Positions 34,201-42,633 of a stretch of DNA of 64,000 nt are shown here, in pieces (within the stretch, counting starts at the first letter, position 1; every line of letters starts with the position of its first letter). The notes below the pieces were generated by a model that saw only the letters and a program-made list of their open reading frames with translations, made no database searches and was not told the origin of the DNA. The DNA lies in IMG/VR virus record IMGVR_UViG_3300031801_001562; one strand, given 5' to 3'. Origin of the DNA: a virus. Taxonomy: Duplodnaviria; Caudoviricetes. The position numbers and the translations under genes are program-made.

Positions 34201-35755
34201 CCTGGTAATAGAAAGCAAGTATTTTACTTCCAGTACTGGCAGCTTGGGGTGTCTTTGCAAAATTGCTTTCGGACTGAGCAGTTACGAGGTTAGTGGGATG
34301 TGAAATTTCTGTCCTGGTGTAAGGGGCAGATATGGTTGTACCGGTCCATGAAAAGGCTTGATGAAATAATGCGCCATACGTGCCTGTATTTATATATCCT
34401 ACAGCGAAAATTTTGTCTGCAAGAAACTCCATTATCCGCCATGGTGTTTTAACACCATATCCAGCAGTATGTATCTCAAGTGGGGCTGCTATTGTTGGAG
34501 TAGTTCCTGAAACAGTTGCAATTGCAATTGCAGGTTTATCACTGATGTTATCGCGGCACCATGATATTAATACAAGATCGGAGACCGCGGTATTCCACAT
34601 TAATTCAGAATGAGAATACCGATCACCTCCACCACTTGCGTCGAGTTTGACTGCGGTGCCGAGGGTAATGGTAGTTCCTGATATAGTACCAATGCTCATG
34701 CGTAGGTCTTGTGTAGCGTGAACAGGTCCCACATATGCAAACTTACCTGCAGTATTCGGATCGAATGCAATAGGTCTTTCCCAAGAAGAATTATAGACAC
34801 CAATGCCGTTATTTGTTTGTAGCATATGATCTGCCTGGCCCACGGTTCCGAAGGCAACTGAGCCACCATTGTCAGCGCATGTTCCGGCGATTAGATAAGT
34901 TTCGGTTGCTGAGCCCATCATGGGATCGTGCATGGCTTCCCAAGATAGAAGAAACCGATTTGTTGCGTTACCGGATCCTGTATACGCAGTATCCCAATCA
35001 AACATTGTATAAGCCCCGTAATAATCCATTGGCATACCGCTCAACATTGTCTGGCCGGTTGATCCGGATCCAACGATGTACAGGCCAGCAGACCCACCAT
35101 AAGACATCAGAATTATCTTCATCCCATTCATTCCATCTGCCTGACCTACCGCGATTAAAGGGCTCTGCGGGGGCGTCCCTGGAATCATGGTGGAAGGATG
35201 ATATTTTACTTTCGGGGCGTAGCCATGCGCCGTCCAAGGCATAATAAATGGTCCGGACATTGATATAGTTGAACCACTTATTGTACCTACACTAGCAGCC
35301 ATTACATATTGTGAAACGTCTCTATAAATTATCACAAATTTATTTGGATCATTCGGATCAAAATCAACAGACTGGTATTGCGCAGCATTGGTTGAGTTGT
35401 GGGCTTGGGTTCTTGTGTTGGAACCATCATCTGCGAGCGGTGCTGTTATAAACCCAATAGGATTTGAGACTATTTCAACTGTTCCATCTGATTTAAGAAT
35501 AACTGATTGTCCATCAGCCAATGCTCCGGTTGCAATGGCTTCTGTTGAACCACCGCCTCCGCCTGCTGATACTGCAGAAACCCAATTTGTTCCGTCATAT
35601 GTTAAAACTTCATCTAAAGCGCCTGATGGTAAATTGAGATGGCCTGGATCTGCAGTAGTCCAATTTCCAGCGCCATCGCTTTTTAAAACTTGATCTGTTG
35701 TGCCGGGATCCGGAATTCGGGAGTCGAACGTAAAGGGTGATCCTAAATATGCCAT
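28271..35755 (-). CDS. giant (2494 aa) tail fibre/adhesin with three ~550-aa repeated modules
   Basis: Three copies of ASGALADG..VIL..DG.V ... NFLGISDG.YA...TATIQ..GA.DDAQSGLT.G..YY.Q.D; internal DPN..KF and GT.SGT.I..G blade-like repeats. Confidence 0.8.
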   Translation of the reverse strand: MAYLGSPFTFDSRIPDPGTTDQVLKSDGAGNWTTADPGHLNLPSGALDEVLTYDGTNWVSAVSAGGGGGSTEAIATGALADGQSVILKSDGTVEIVSNPIGFITAPLADDGSNTRTQAHNSTNAAQYQSVDFDPNDPNKFVIIYRDVSQYVMAASVGTISGSTISMSGPFIMPWTAHGYAPKVKYHPSTMIPGTPPQSPLIAVGQADGMNGMKIILMSYGGSAGLYIVGSGSTGQTMLSGMPMDYYGAYTMFDWDTAYTGSGNATNRFLLSWEAMHDPMMGSATETYLIAGTCADNGGSVAFGTVGQADHMLQTNNGIGVYNSSWERPIAFDPNTAGKFAYVGPVHATQDLRMSIGTISGTTITLGTAVKLDASGGGDRYSHSELMWNTAVSDLVLISWCRDNISDKPAIAIATVSGTTPTIAAPLEIHTAGYGVKTPWRIMEFLADKIFAVGYINTGTYGALFHQAFSWTGTTISAPYTRTEISHPTNLVTAQSESNFAKTPQAASTGSKILAFYYQGLNPSEDPVFTQSTFYGSAGTNLTATNFLGISDGAYANGATATVQLPGAVDDAQSGLTIGTKYYLQGDGVLSATANTPEVLVGTAVGTTRILLADSAVLKDITLDRTAATAAITAHQVTRVAAEATVLASAAADATTKANAAQSTAQAAGVAAAYAVDTLQIVASGSLANGNKVILQADGKVKLVANNPAPLDTPTTDTQSQTMGGRMDEPTVAQGSSQTDQPQQKAFISWDPLDENRFIIGYKDENAPVGTGYPRAVVGTISGTTITLGTPVDITTDNDSSPVAIHFHPDVADLVAIAYGADYMGTKSPILTFGMIENAPTARFVPKSSLNMHLGASYGSSVPHFEKGNFCFDWDRNSSGSTREYACGMDVWFDYSGAVNYRMPVLRAGKVTVDATTITPGSATWPRGLFTAGNYQWGGGQIKSLRFDPNTHKKFFWIHHYPSGGGGIGHALRIVNLDSNNYPSLGSEIQLTGQGVDNSDDGAYCEWNPAIANQIVFSGKTYNPATMCVGTVSGTSVSWGTRFTPTATDWEASHPGYTAPSQPWNIFFALGAAQGRFYGVTTAFSSSADLICQAFNITGTTITEVGSPVTIADHDWFDNTLTYPWHAAASASGRKFMVSHTETTGDTQLTTGTIGSEGVTNLTADNFLGISDGVYADGATATIQLSGATDDAQSGLTTGSTYYVQPDGTLTTTVGSPVVYAGQALSATELLIAATRPGVVGSQLPLPGTTGRLLSSDGTNWISAVAPVELPTPGLAGKVLKSDGTNWISGDEAELPTPGLAGYVLKSDGTNWISNAETDPGLPVAGTAGKLLTSDGTNWTSADAVPGSGRFEAVASGALADGDRVILRSDGKVEHAIPQGALGVSTDAQGTALQGVNGDIRNDRWGSTIDFDPNDDNKFVVGYWDSSGATGTYLQMVVGTLTGTTISWGTPVDIETAAPQGGSMISFKFHPTQANLIGAVYGTDGTGATQTNGAHFGVATVTGTSLSWYPLLDFEAGQDCSGGAQSGTPDATFSFDWDSQFTGTGFRCAWQNEFAVGGTSGEKLHNAGSAIISPVGAGPHTLTASTTAYRLDNRTYTGGVVRIRSCRFDPFTEGKFFATFANHNGGEPRMVIIELASNATTMTKGSAIQIHFGIGSTEGSENDHYMEWNPNRQNQLLFSFRRKNANYTETPELVLGTVAGTGVTFGSLFVLDPGQGWNYGGASPVQIFWDPNDADKFFGVWSPASGASYYSQTINAQRFLLTGSGTTITADGTPTEMTPGPENGHSWDSNFGYEKFTAAMNVSGTKLMVNHMFDGDGSSTGGYSAGSGKTKFTTGTINIAGTPNITTTNYIGISDGAYADAATATIQTGGAIDDAQSGLTPGSVYYLQSDASGTLSTTADTPSVIAGTALSATELLIADGVGTSAGGGGGSGAVESLSSLVEKYPTGSTYPLPAQTIAVGTDKLLLSETFLQTGELTVNGVLRLGKLFEEETPTGVTLITGGFNVVGSGTLTNAQPLVSNYDDNFLDNKTGDLDLGVNITNRATGVLGAGVDLSATTGTLTSSHVIGTDVTGVLGSGITGQPTIAGTNFTGTINTAVQDNITRVGAVVAGSIENTVTGGGGLTDGSSLTSLDSISKGAIESGGTSAHGVNPVYPAYLSTSTTGAAKVAEDASGTRIPMGLGWDYLGLVRYEGGWMYGTNDSPHLLKVPLSYGLATSSKHRYSQYMIKIPGISCYALNDRLGMQMWIQQMNTASSTSPLSPSIVFNAAAKAGAKHAYCATTLKTDGTSTIMSSQNGDIVPVQAFTAGSGQGSSVFDHYKTQITIFIDNAQVGGGRCRQPPRFHWIACSNYGADPYYSSPNYVTENLYGQYTTGMCTLATTDGQYNHGADMWKQAYNYQFAAIEFRGLSAPNNSGSAILQQGLQTRFKHAQFPLSDMTVHGPGYQSFVHTHSNPMGGMGEDTIGEGAYLYGLRNGIAENTSSTQYTHYGVGYGFDGA
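31740..32030. repeat. intragenic ~75-nt tandem repeats encoding LP.PG.AG..L.SDGTNW.S (4 copies; two near-identical)
   Basis: ATCCAATTTGTTCCATCACTTTTTAAAAC at 31821 and 31896; degenerate copies at ~31741 and ~31975. Confidence 0.85.
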
Positions 35756-35756
35756 T

Positions 35757-36086
35757 TTATGTAATCTCCAAGAAAGACATTAATACATCCAAACTAGATG
35801 CGGTATCTGATGTTACGACGATTCTGTCCCCTACCATTAAAACAACTTTCTGATCACCGCCAATTGCTATTAAGCTAGAATTAGCAGGTATGGGTACGTC
35901 TTTAACTATATTCGTTACATTTGTTCCATCACTCATAGCAATAGTTGCTTTGACTTGAGAAGCGGTTATATTTGCAAGTGATAGACCTATTATTGTTACT
36001 TCAACTCCCGCGGAAACAGCTGATCCGACAGCTGTAGTTGATGTTCCAATCGCTCTTACTGAGCTATTCTTAAAACTACTTGCCAT
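35757..36086 (-). CDS. small virion-associated protein typical of fibre clusters
   Basis: MASSFKN...IIGLSLAN...IVKDVPIPA..SL...K.VL..GD...SD.ASSLDV..S.LEIT. Confidence 0.65.
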   Translation of the reverse strand: MASSFKNSSVRAIGTSTTAVGSAVSAGVEVTIIGLSLANITASQVKATIAMSDGTNVTNIVKDVPIPANSSLIAIGGDQKVVLMVGDRIVVTSDTASSLDVLMSFLEIT

Positions 36087-36108
36087 AACTGTTACCCTTT
36101 TTCTAGTA

Positions 36109-36711
36109 CTATCCTAGTGCGATTGCCATTGCTATAGCGATTCCTGAAACAAACTGTTGATTAGCCACGGAGGTTCCCACCATAACATCATTATTTTCCC
36201 AAAACAAAGAAGTAGTATTGGCATATAACTTATTCGCAGTTACTGCAGGCGCAGATACGTGATCTGTTAATTTTAATGACCCAGAGTTTATATCTAATTC
36301 TTCTACTTTAACTCCACCCGATGAATTTGCTGATAATATTACGGGAGCAATTGCACCACTAGTATCATTAGAAGAAGTCAGCGCGTGTGTATGTGATGTA
36401 GTAGTAGCTGCATCTGTTGTAGAAACACTTAATGTATCCGGAGTACCTAACGTAATCGTTTGTGTATCAGTTCCTACGCCAGCCGATTGCAAACTAGATA
36501 CTGTCAATCCGGAACCAGCTAAGACCCCATCTAATCGACCGGAATCCGTCGATGTTTTCATCTCAGAAAACGTTCTATAGTGCGTGATACCAGTCGAAGA
36601 TAATGAAAGAATCATTCCAGCGCTAGCTGGAGTTCCGGTTGGAAGAGTTGCAAGTTTTAAATCTCCCTCTACTTCTAATCCGGCAATTGCTTTAAATGGT
36701 ACTGATGACAT
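36109..36711 (-). CDS. virion structural protein (N-terminal part paralogous to 36717..38027)
   Basis: Shared GL..VLAG.G.TV...GTDTQT.TLGTP..TTTSHTHA; ends GIAIAMAIALG. Confidence 0.65.
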   Translation of the reverse strand: MSSVPFKAIAGLEVEGDLKLATLPTGTPASAGMILSLSSTGITHYRTFSEMKTSTDSGRLDGVLAGSGLTVSSLQSAGVGTDTQTITLGTPDTLSVSTTDAATTTSHTHALTSSNDTSGAIAPVILSANSSGGVKVEELDINSGSLKLTDHVSAPAVTANKLYANTTSLFWENNDVMVGTSVANQQFVSGIAIAMAIALG

Positions 36712-36716
36712 GTCGT

Positions 36717-38027
36717 TTATACACTATGAAAGGTTGCTTCTACTTTGGCTACTATTTGAACTCCGTCTCCATTGAGAACGTTCATTCCTATATGAGTTGC
36801 GCCTGATGTAGAACCTGAGCCGTCGGTTGTATCAAAAGTTATTGTTGCAGTAATATCATGACCTAATCCACCATATTGATTATTTTCTACTGTTCCGCTT
36901 CCACTTTCACAAAATAGATACTTGCGAAATTCAGTTTCATTAGCTCCAGCTTTTAATTTCAGAGCCACTTCTCCAGCAGACCAACTCGCTATGGGAACTT
37001 CAAATAACCATGCATTAGCTGCATCTGCAATAGTAGCTTCTGTTACTAAAGTTCGTGTTATATCTTTTTGATACGTATCGTTCCAAGTAGTTAAATCACC
37101 ACCAACAACAGCAGCTTTCGCAACTCCTAAACCGCCGGATGATAGTAATTGACCTGTTGTATTAGATGTAGCATTAGTTGTTCCATCAGCGTGTACAACA
37201 TTAGCAAAAACTGATTTAGCAACTCCTATACCACCATCTGTTCGAATGGAACCAGTAGTTCCACTTGATGAGTCATCTGTACCACGTGAATAAAATTCCA
37301 GAGCACTAACATTAGCATAAGATGTAACAGTTAGGCTTCCTGTTGATAATCCACCATCAGTAGTTGTAATAAATGCAAAATCGTCTTCTGATTCATCCCA
37401 TATAAAAGCGACGTTCGCTGAAGTACCTCTGTTGATCATAAGACCTTGATCATGGGTAGGAGCGACTGAATCACCGTTTGCGGATAAAGTAATTAAAGGA
37501 TCACTAACACTTAAATTCGTTGCATTAACATAGGTGAGTGCTCCATCAACAAATAAACTTCCATCAATAGTTACATTAGCTGAAAATGTTGCATCTCCGG
37601 CAGCTGCGAATTCCTCTACTTTAACTCCGCCGGTTGTATTTGCTGCTAATATGTACTCTTGGATCGCTCCGCTAGTATCAGAAGATCCGGTAATAGCGTG
37701 CGTATGAGAGGTTGTTGTTACGGAATCTGTGGTAGAGGAGGTTATTGTAGATGGTGTGCCCAGTGTAACCGTTTGAGTATCAGTTCCAATTCCCCCTCCT
37801 TGCTTTGCACTAACGGTAATACCATTGCCAGCTAATACAGATTCTAATTCACCTGCGTCTATTTCTGTTTTTACTTCTGCGAATGTATGAGAATGAACAT
37901 TAGAATTATCATCTAATTCTAAAATTTTACCATTAGTTGCTGCTACGCCATTGGTTGGAGTATTATTAAGTGTTACATTATTGTCTGATTTGAAACCACT
38001 TCTTACTCTAAACTGTTTCATTGCCAT
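36717..38027 (-). CDS. virion structural/fibre protein
   Basis: V.G.LTYVNATNLSVSDPLITL...RGTSANVAFIWDES and GAL...GG.GVAK repeats common in T4-like fibres. Confidence 0.7.
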   Translation of the reverse strand: MAMKQFRVRSGFKSDNNVTLNNTPTNGVAATNGKILELDDNSNVHSHTFAEVKTEIDAGELESVLAGNGITVSAKQGGGIGTDTQTVTLGTPSTITSSTTDSVTTTSHTHAITGSSDTSGAIQEYILAANTTGGVKVEEFAAAGDATFSANVTIDGSLFVDGALTYVNATNLSVSDPLITLSANGDSVAPTHDQGLMINRGTSANVAFIWDESEDDFAFITTTDGGLSTGSLTVTSYANVSALEFYSRGTDDSSSGTTGSIRTDGGIGVAKSVFANVVHADGTTNATSNTTGQLLSSGGLGVAKAAVVGGDLTTWNDTYQKDITRTLVTEATIADAANAWLFEVPIASWSAGEVALKLKAGANETEFRKYLFCESGSGTVENNQYGGLGHDITATITFDTTDGSGSTSGATHIGMNVLNGDGVQIVAKVEATFHSV

Positions 38028-38067
38028 TGTTGATCTTCCTTAAATGTTCTACTAAAGGTTAAGGTGC

Positions 38068-38973
38068 CTAGTAACTGGTACACACTGTTCGATGAACAGT
38101 AACTACTTGTTGATCTGAAGAAGTAGTAACTTTTAACTGAACATCTGTCCCTAATATATCTGTCGCGATTCCGGGCATTATTGTAATCGCACCTAACTCC
38201 ACTTCTCCATAAATTATATGTTCTGTATCTGTTCCATCGTGAACTAATGCTATCTCACCGGTCCAATATGCCGTCGTGCCCACAGTGTAATCTTCACAGG
38301 TAACAATATACTTAGCCGACCTGAATGTATTTATATTAAAAGTATCTGCAACAACTTCTCCTGCCGAAACGACAACTGTTCGTGAAGTAGAAAACATCAA
38401 GTCGGAATCAACTGTAAAAGTACCCTTAACCTGAAAATCTTCAAATTCAAGAAGATTTGTATTAACAGCTTTCCAAGCACTCAATGCAGTATTATATTGC
38501 CACATCATTCCATCTGCATACATTGATTGTGCGACGTCTTCTAATTCCCCAATATTTTTTTGAGAAATATCTAAGTTTTCCGGAGTAGTTCCGGGCCCAG
38601 CAACCCACTTTGATGAAACTTTATCCCAGTTTAAGATATCTCCGTTTGCAATTCCCTCGATAGTAACATCAGTTAATGAAGATATTTTTAATTGATCTCC
38701 AAAAGCTAGTAATCTTTCTCCGGTGATAGTGGTTGACCCTATCACAACATTAGATCCAAAATCTAGATATTCGACACCATCTTGTTCTGATATTCCAATC
38801 GATTTGGTAGATAATGTAAGAGTATTACCTTGAAGAAATAAATCTCCAAACGGGGCTTCTGTAGTACCCAATCCGACAGGATTTGAACCGGGTTCTGGAG
38901 CTTTAGGTTTTAAGTTGACAGTTAAATTTTCTAAATCAATTATACCTAGCGATACAGTTGCTTGCTGTTGCAT
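38068..38973 (-). CDS. virion structural protein, tandem paralog A
   Basis: DTF.INT.R.AKYIVTCED...G.TEH..YGE C-domain; high DNA identity to 38995..39978. Confidence 0.7.
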   Translation of the reverse strand: MQQQATVSLGIIDLENLTVNLKPKAPEPGSNPVGLGTTEAPFGDLFLQGNTLTLSTKSIGISEQDGVEYLDFGSNVVIGSTTITGERLLAFGDQLKISSLTDVTIEGIANGDILNWDKVSSKWVAGPGTTPENLDISQKNIGELEDVAQSMYADGMMWQYNTALSAWKAVNTNLLEFEDFQVKGTFTVDSDLMFSTSRTVVVSAGEVVADTFNINTFRSAKYIVTCEDYTVGTTAYWTGEIALVHDGTDTEHIIYGEVELGAITIMPGIATDILGTDVQLKVTTSSDQQVVTVHRTVCTSY

Positions 38974-38994
38974 TAATTAAATTCCTCAGATGTT

Positions 38995-39978
38995 TTATAG
39001 ATAATTATCAAACACTGTTCGATGAACAGTAACTACTTGTTGATCCGAAGAAGTAGTAACTTTTAACCGAGCATTAGAGCCTGTTATATCTGACGCAAGT
39101 GTGGGCATCATTGTAATTGAACCTATTTCCACTTCTCCATATAGAGTCATTCCTGTATTTGTTCCGTCATGAACAAATAATACTTGTCCCATCCAATAAG
39201 CTTTATTGTCCAAAGTGTAATCTTCACAGGTAACAATGTACTTAGCAGTTCTATATGTATTTATATCAAAGGTATCTACTACAACCGTGCCAGCAACAAC
39301 CTGAATTGTTCGTGTAGAAGTATATCTTACCGTGCCTGTTGGGTTATCTGACGCAGTCCCAGTATTAACTGAAAAAGTACCGGCTCGAATATGATCTAAG
39401 TCAAGGTCATTTGCAACAATACCTTTCCATGCATTCGCTGATGGACTATATTGGAACATCATCCCCTCTGTATAGGCTTGGGGTTCAACATCATATAATT
39501 CCCCAATACCTTTTTGAGAAATATTTAAGATAGCTGGATCAAGTTCGAATTGCGCGTCCGTCCACCGGGCTGTTGATGTATCCCATTTTAAAATATTTCC
39601 ATCTTCAACTCCAGATATGGTAACATCGGTTAACCCAGTTGTTTTTAATTGATCCTGAAAAGCTAGTAATCTAGTACCTGAAATTACAGTTGATCCTATC
39701 ACAACATTAGATCCAAAATCTAGATATTCAGTTCCGGATAGTTCTGTTATTGAAATCGATCTGGTTGATATTGTAAGGGTGTTACCTTGAAGATATAAAT
39801 CACCAAAAGGTGCTGTTGTTTCACCTAATGAGACAGCTTTTTCACCAGCTCCAACCGTTTTAGGTTTCAGATTAACCGTTAAATTTTCAAAATCAATGTT
39901 ACCTAAATGAATTATACTATCATGTGAAGCAATTAAATTGATTTCCCCTTGTCGCCCGTCATCGTACAGTAGAGTCAT
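38995..39978 (-). CDS. virion structural protein, tandem paralog B
   Basis: Same domains as 38068..38973. Confidence 0.7.
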   Translation of the reverse strand: MTLLYDDGRQGEINLIASHDSIIHLGNIDFENLTVNLKPKTVGAGEKAVSLGETTAPFGDLYLQGNTLTISTRSISITELSGTEYLDFGSNVVIGSTVISGTRLLAFQDQLKTTGLTDVTISGVEDGNILKWDTSTARWTDAQFELDPAILNISQKGIGELYDVEPQAYTEGMMFQYSPSANAWKGIVANDLDLDHIRAGTFSVNTGTASDNPTGTVRYTSTRTIQVVAGTVVVDTFDINTYRTAKYIVTCEDYTLDNKAYWMGQVLFVHDGTNTGMTLYGEVEIGSITMMPTLASDITGSNARLKVTTSSDQQVVTVHRTVFDNYL

Positions 39979-39980
39979 CT

Positions 39981-40364
39981 CTATCCTTCAAGTAATAGTT
40001 TATTGCCGGATTCTAATAAAGTTGCGCCTTTTGGACTTGCGGTAGGTCGTAATACTAATGCTCCCTCTATTACGCGTCTGGATATATCAAATTCGGAATT
40101 ATGAATAACAATATCGTAATTATAACGTCCGGAAGGAATATCATCGGATACAGAACCCAATAATTTTAATTGCACTGCGCCCGTCGTCGGGCTTGTTATA
40201 GTTGTGGTAAATTTATATACTTTATTTGCACCAGTCCATTTTTGAAAATAAGCTTCAGCTGTATAACCTGTTAAATCAGTTGCGCCGCCGCTATCATTTT
40301 TAACTGTCAATGATAAAGTATAATCAGAACCTTGATCTGCAAATATATTTACAATGGATGCCAT
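39981..40364 (-). CDS. baseplate-associated (BppU-like) small structural protein; probable start MASIVN at 40364
   Basis: DQG.DY...TV...DLTGYTA...G.V.L.L...SGRY.YD...RR.IEG; SD AAGGAG. Confidence 0.65.
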   Translation of the reverse strand: MASIVNIFADQGSDYTLSLTVKNDSGGATDLTGYTAEAYFQKWTGANKVYKFTTTITSPTTGAVQLKLLGSVSDDIPSGRYNYDIVIHNSEFDISRRVIEGALVLRPTASPKGATLLESGNKLLLEG

Positions 40365-40382
40365 ATAATTCTCCTTATACAT

Positions 40383-40390
40383 TATTTAGG
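40383..40390 (-). promoter_or_regulatory. late-promoter-like CCTAAATA heading the fibre block
   Basis: TAAATA core in the intergenic gap. Confidence 0.45.
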
Positions 40391-40408
40391 AAAATTATAA
40401 ATTCATAA

Positions 40409-41176
40409 CTACTCCCAAAAATACTTATCATGAATTTTAAAATTAGAACAATCTCTCTTATGGTTACCTGTAAACATATCATAGTCTAAAGGCAGGTTGG
40501 TTGCCTTCATCCAGTCTTCTAATAATATATGATTTCTAACAGGAAGTCTATTTACACACATTTCTTCGGACATAGCATGACTATATTCTTGTGTTGTTTC
40601 CAGACCTACAATCCAATTTCTGCTTGAGACTTCCATTATTTGTAACCTAAACTTTTCAAGAGGTATTGAGCTATTATATTGTTTATGTTGCCAATTACCT
40701 ATTTCAGATGAAAAGCCTGTATAAAAAAAATAACGGTGGGTGTGGTGATTAAGTGGAGGGGACACTTGTTTATGTAATCTGCTGAAGGTGTACTCCAGTT
40801 GTTTTCGCGCAGCGCTTACCGGGCGTAATTGAGGCTTAAATTTTACTAATACATGTTTTACGTGAGAGATATCATGTGGTCGATATCTATTAATTACTCC
40901 GTCATCTTCTATCCATATGTCAGCTAATTCATAATCACATGCATTTATAACCCAATTTCCAGGATCATTCCATGCTTTATCTGCTAAAAAAGTTGCATCA
41001 TCTGGAACGTTCATTCTGTTGCGATCTGATATATTCCAAGAATAATCAAACAAATCTTTTCCCGTTCCGGATCCGTTTTCTTCCATCTCGGAACGACCGG
41101 ACCAATACATATAGCGTTCCACACCTATTCCTCTGGCCGCTATAGTAACACCAGGGCCGCTAACATAAATTTCCAT
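40409..41176 (-). CDS. hypothetical protein directly downstream of queE
   Basis: ORF track; no motif recognised. Confidence 0.7.
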   Translation of the reverse strand: MEIYVSGPGVTIAARGIGVERYMYWSGRSEMEENGSGTGKDLFDYSWNISDRNRMNVPDDATFLADKAWNDPGNWVINACDYELADIWIEDDGVINRYRPHDISHVKHVLVKFKPQLRPVSAARKQLEYTFSRLHKQVSPPLNHHTHRYFFYTGFSSEIGNWQHKQYNSSIPLEKFRLQIMEVSSRNWIVGLETTQEYSHAMSEEMCVNRLPVRNHILLEDWMKATNLPLDYDMFTGNHKRDCSNFKIHDKYFWE

Positions 41177-41179
41177 AAA

Positions 41180-42121
41180 TCATGTGCCCCATTTATTTCC
41201 AAATAAATCTACATGTAATCTGGGCGAATATTTGAAACCATGCTTCATTGCCATTTCAGCAACATTAAATTTTGTATTTTCTAACATTTCAGCTGTTCCA
41301 CCAACTGGCATTAAATAAATATCTATATAATCTTCCCACCGAGTGTATTTAAGTTCTATTTGCTTAATTTCTTCAATATCCTGTTCATCTTGAACGACAA
41401 ATTTTAAATACAAATGTGAATTTTGTACTTCTTTATATTGATGCCAATTTTCAGGTTTAATTGCTTTAAAACCCAATTCACCACTTATACTTAATTTTGG
41501 ACTACATGACCATGTAATATGATGATCCAATAGACTATACTCATGTAACCATTTAAGAAATTCATCCGTTAAAGCAAATGTACTATTTGTTTCAAATGTA
41601 ATATTTTTAATATGTCTAAATGAAGGATGACCTAATAAATCTGGCAATTGTTTCTGCCACATCATTGGTTCGCCGCCTGTAATCACCAAATGAATATCCT
41701 GTTTATTATCTTCATAATACCATTTTTTATCTGGACAAAGATCTATTAGTTTTTCAGCTATTATATCAGCCTCTTCAAATGTTGATAGATGCATATATTC
41801 TTTTGCCCAGCTTGCAGAACTATCACATCCTATTTTCATTACAGGTAATTCTTCAATACTCTTGTACTGACTAACATCAAGTTTTTTCCAAGGCATTTCA
41901 TCCCGTGGAATTAATTGTCCTCTGGGTTGTCCAAATCCAGGACACTCAAAATTACACCCGAATAATCTTAAAAATACACTTGGTGTTCCTACAAACCTTC
42001 CTTCGCCCTGAATGCTATAAAACATTTCAGAATGTCTAAGTTTTTTCATATCTCTTGCTTGTTCTTGTAATTCTTGTATTACTTCAGGTATTCCTGTTCC
42101 ATCTTTATAAACTGTAATCAT
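41180..42121 (-). CDS. queE: 7-carboxy-7-deazaguanine synthase (QueE-like radical SAM) with a split cluster motif
   Basis: EMFYSIQGEG...PSVFLRLFGCN, ITGGEP, ETN, CSPKLS, LKFVV, PRLH; adjacent to queD. Confidence 0.9.
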   Translation of the reverse strand: MITVYKDGTGIPEVIQELQEQARDMKKLRHSEMFYSIQGEGRFVGTPSVFLRLFGCNFECPGFGQPRGQLIPRDEMPWKKLDVSQYKSIEELPVMKIGCDSSASWAKEYMHLSTFEEADIIAEKLIDLCPDKKWYYEDNKQDIHLVITGGEPMMWQKQLPDLLGHPSFRHIKNITFETNSTFALTDEFLKWLHEYSLLDHHITWSCSPKLSISGELGFKAIKPENWHQYKEVQNSHLYLKFVVQDEQDIEEIKQIELKYTRWEDYIDIYLMPVGGTAEMLENTKFNVAEMAMKHGFKYSPRLHVDLFGNKWGT

Positions 42122-42633
42122 TATTCATCTACATCGAATAAGTCTTCACCCCATTCTCTGTGACCTTCACGCCAAGCCATGTTGCTTTCTGTTTCACGTA
42201 CTTCTACTCTATAACACCAAAGTCTTTCTGCTTCGCCCTTTCCCCACATATCAGGAATGAATATTCCATTCATATATTTGTATAACATAGAAGAAAGACC
42301 TTCACATCCAAGTTTTGGTAATACAGTAAGTTTTGCAATACCACGTTCCTGTAACTGTTTATAAAGATCTATTTCTGGATCATCTTCCGCTACCAATAAT
42401 GTATGATCGAATTGCTCATCTAAGAAACTTTTGAGCTCCCCCAATCCACCATAATCTGCAACCCAATTTCTAACATCCAAATGATCTGTACCAAAAAAGA
42501 ATCTCATAGTAAAACTATAACCATGAATAACATTACAATGACTATCAGCTTTATATTGTCTATACGCACATGGAAATTTGTCTACATATTCCTTTGTGCT
42601 ATTATATTTGTATATTCTTGGCTCTTTATTCAT
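42121..42633 (-). CDS. queD: 6-carboxy-5,6,7,8-tetrahydropterin synthase (probable start MNKEPR at 42633)
   Basis: SHC..IHGYS, DYG.LG.LK..L..FDH, E.RE.E.N. Confidence 0.85.
   Translation of the reverse strand: MNKEPRIYKYNSTKEYVDKFPCAYRQYKADSHCNVIHGYSFTMRFFFGTDHLDVRNWVADYGGLGELKSFLDEQFDHTLLVAEDDPEIDLYKQLQERGIAKLTVLPKLGCEGLSSMLYKYMNGIFIPDMWGKGEAERLWCYRVEVRETESNMAWREGHREWGEDLFDVDE

Noticed and set aside
25461-38027. Elevated GC of the fibre block as evidence of horizontal transfer
   Set aside because: Largely explained by Gly/Ala/Thr/Pro-rich protein composition; not decisive without third-position analysis
38068-39978. Possible diversity-generating retroelement TR/VR pair
   Set aside because: Differences between the repeats involve all bases rather than only adenines, both copies are full genes, and no reverse transcriptase is in the window
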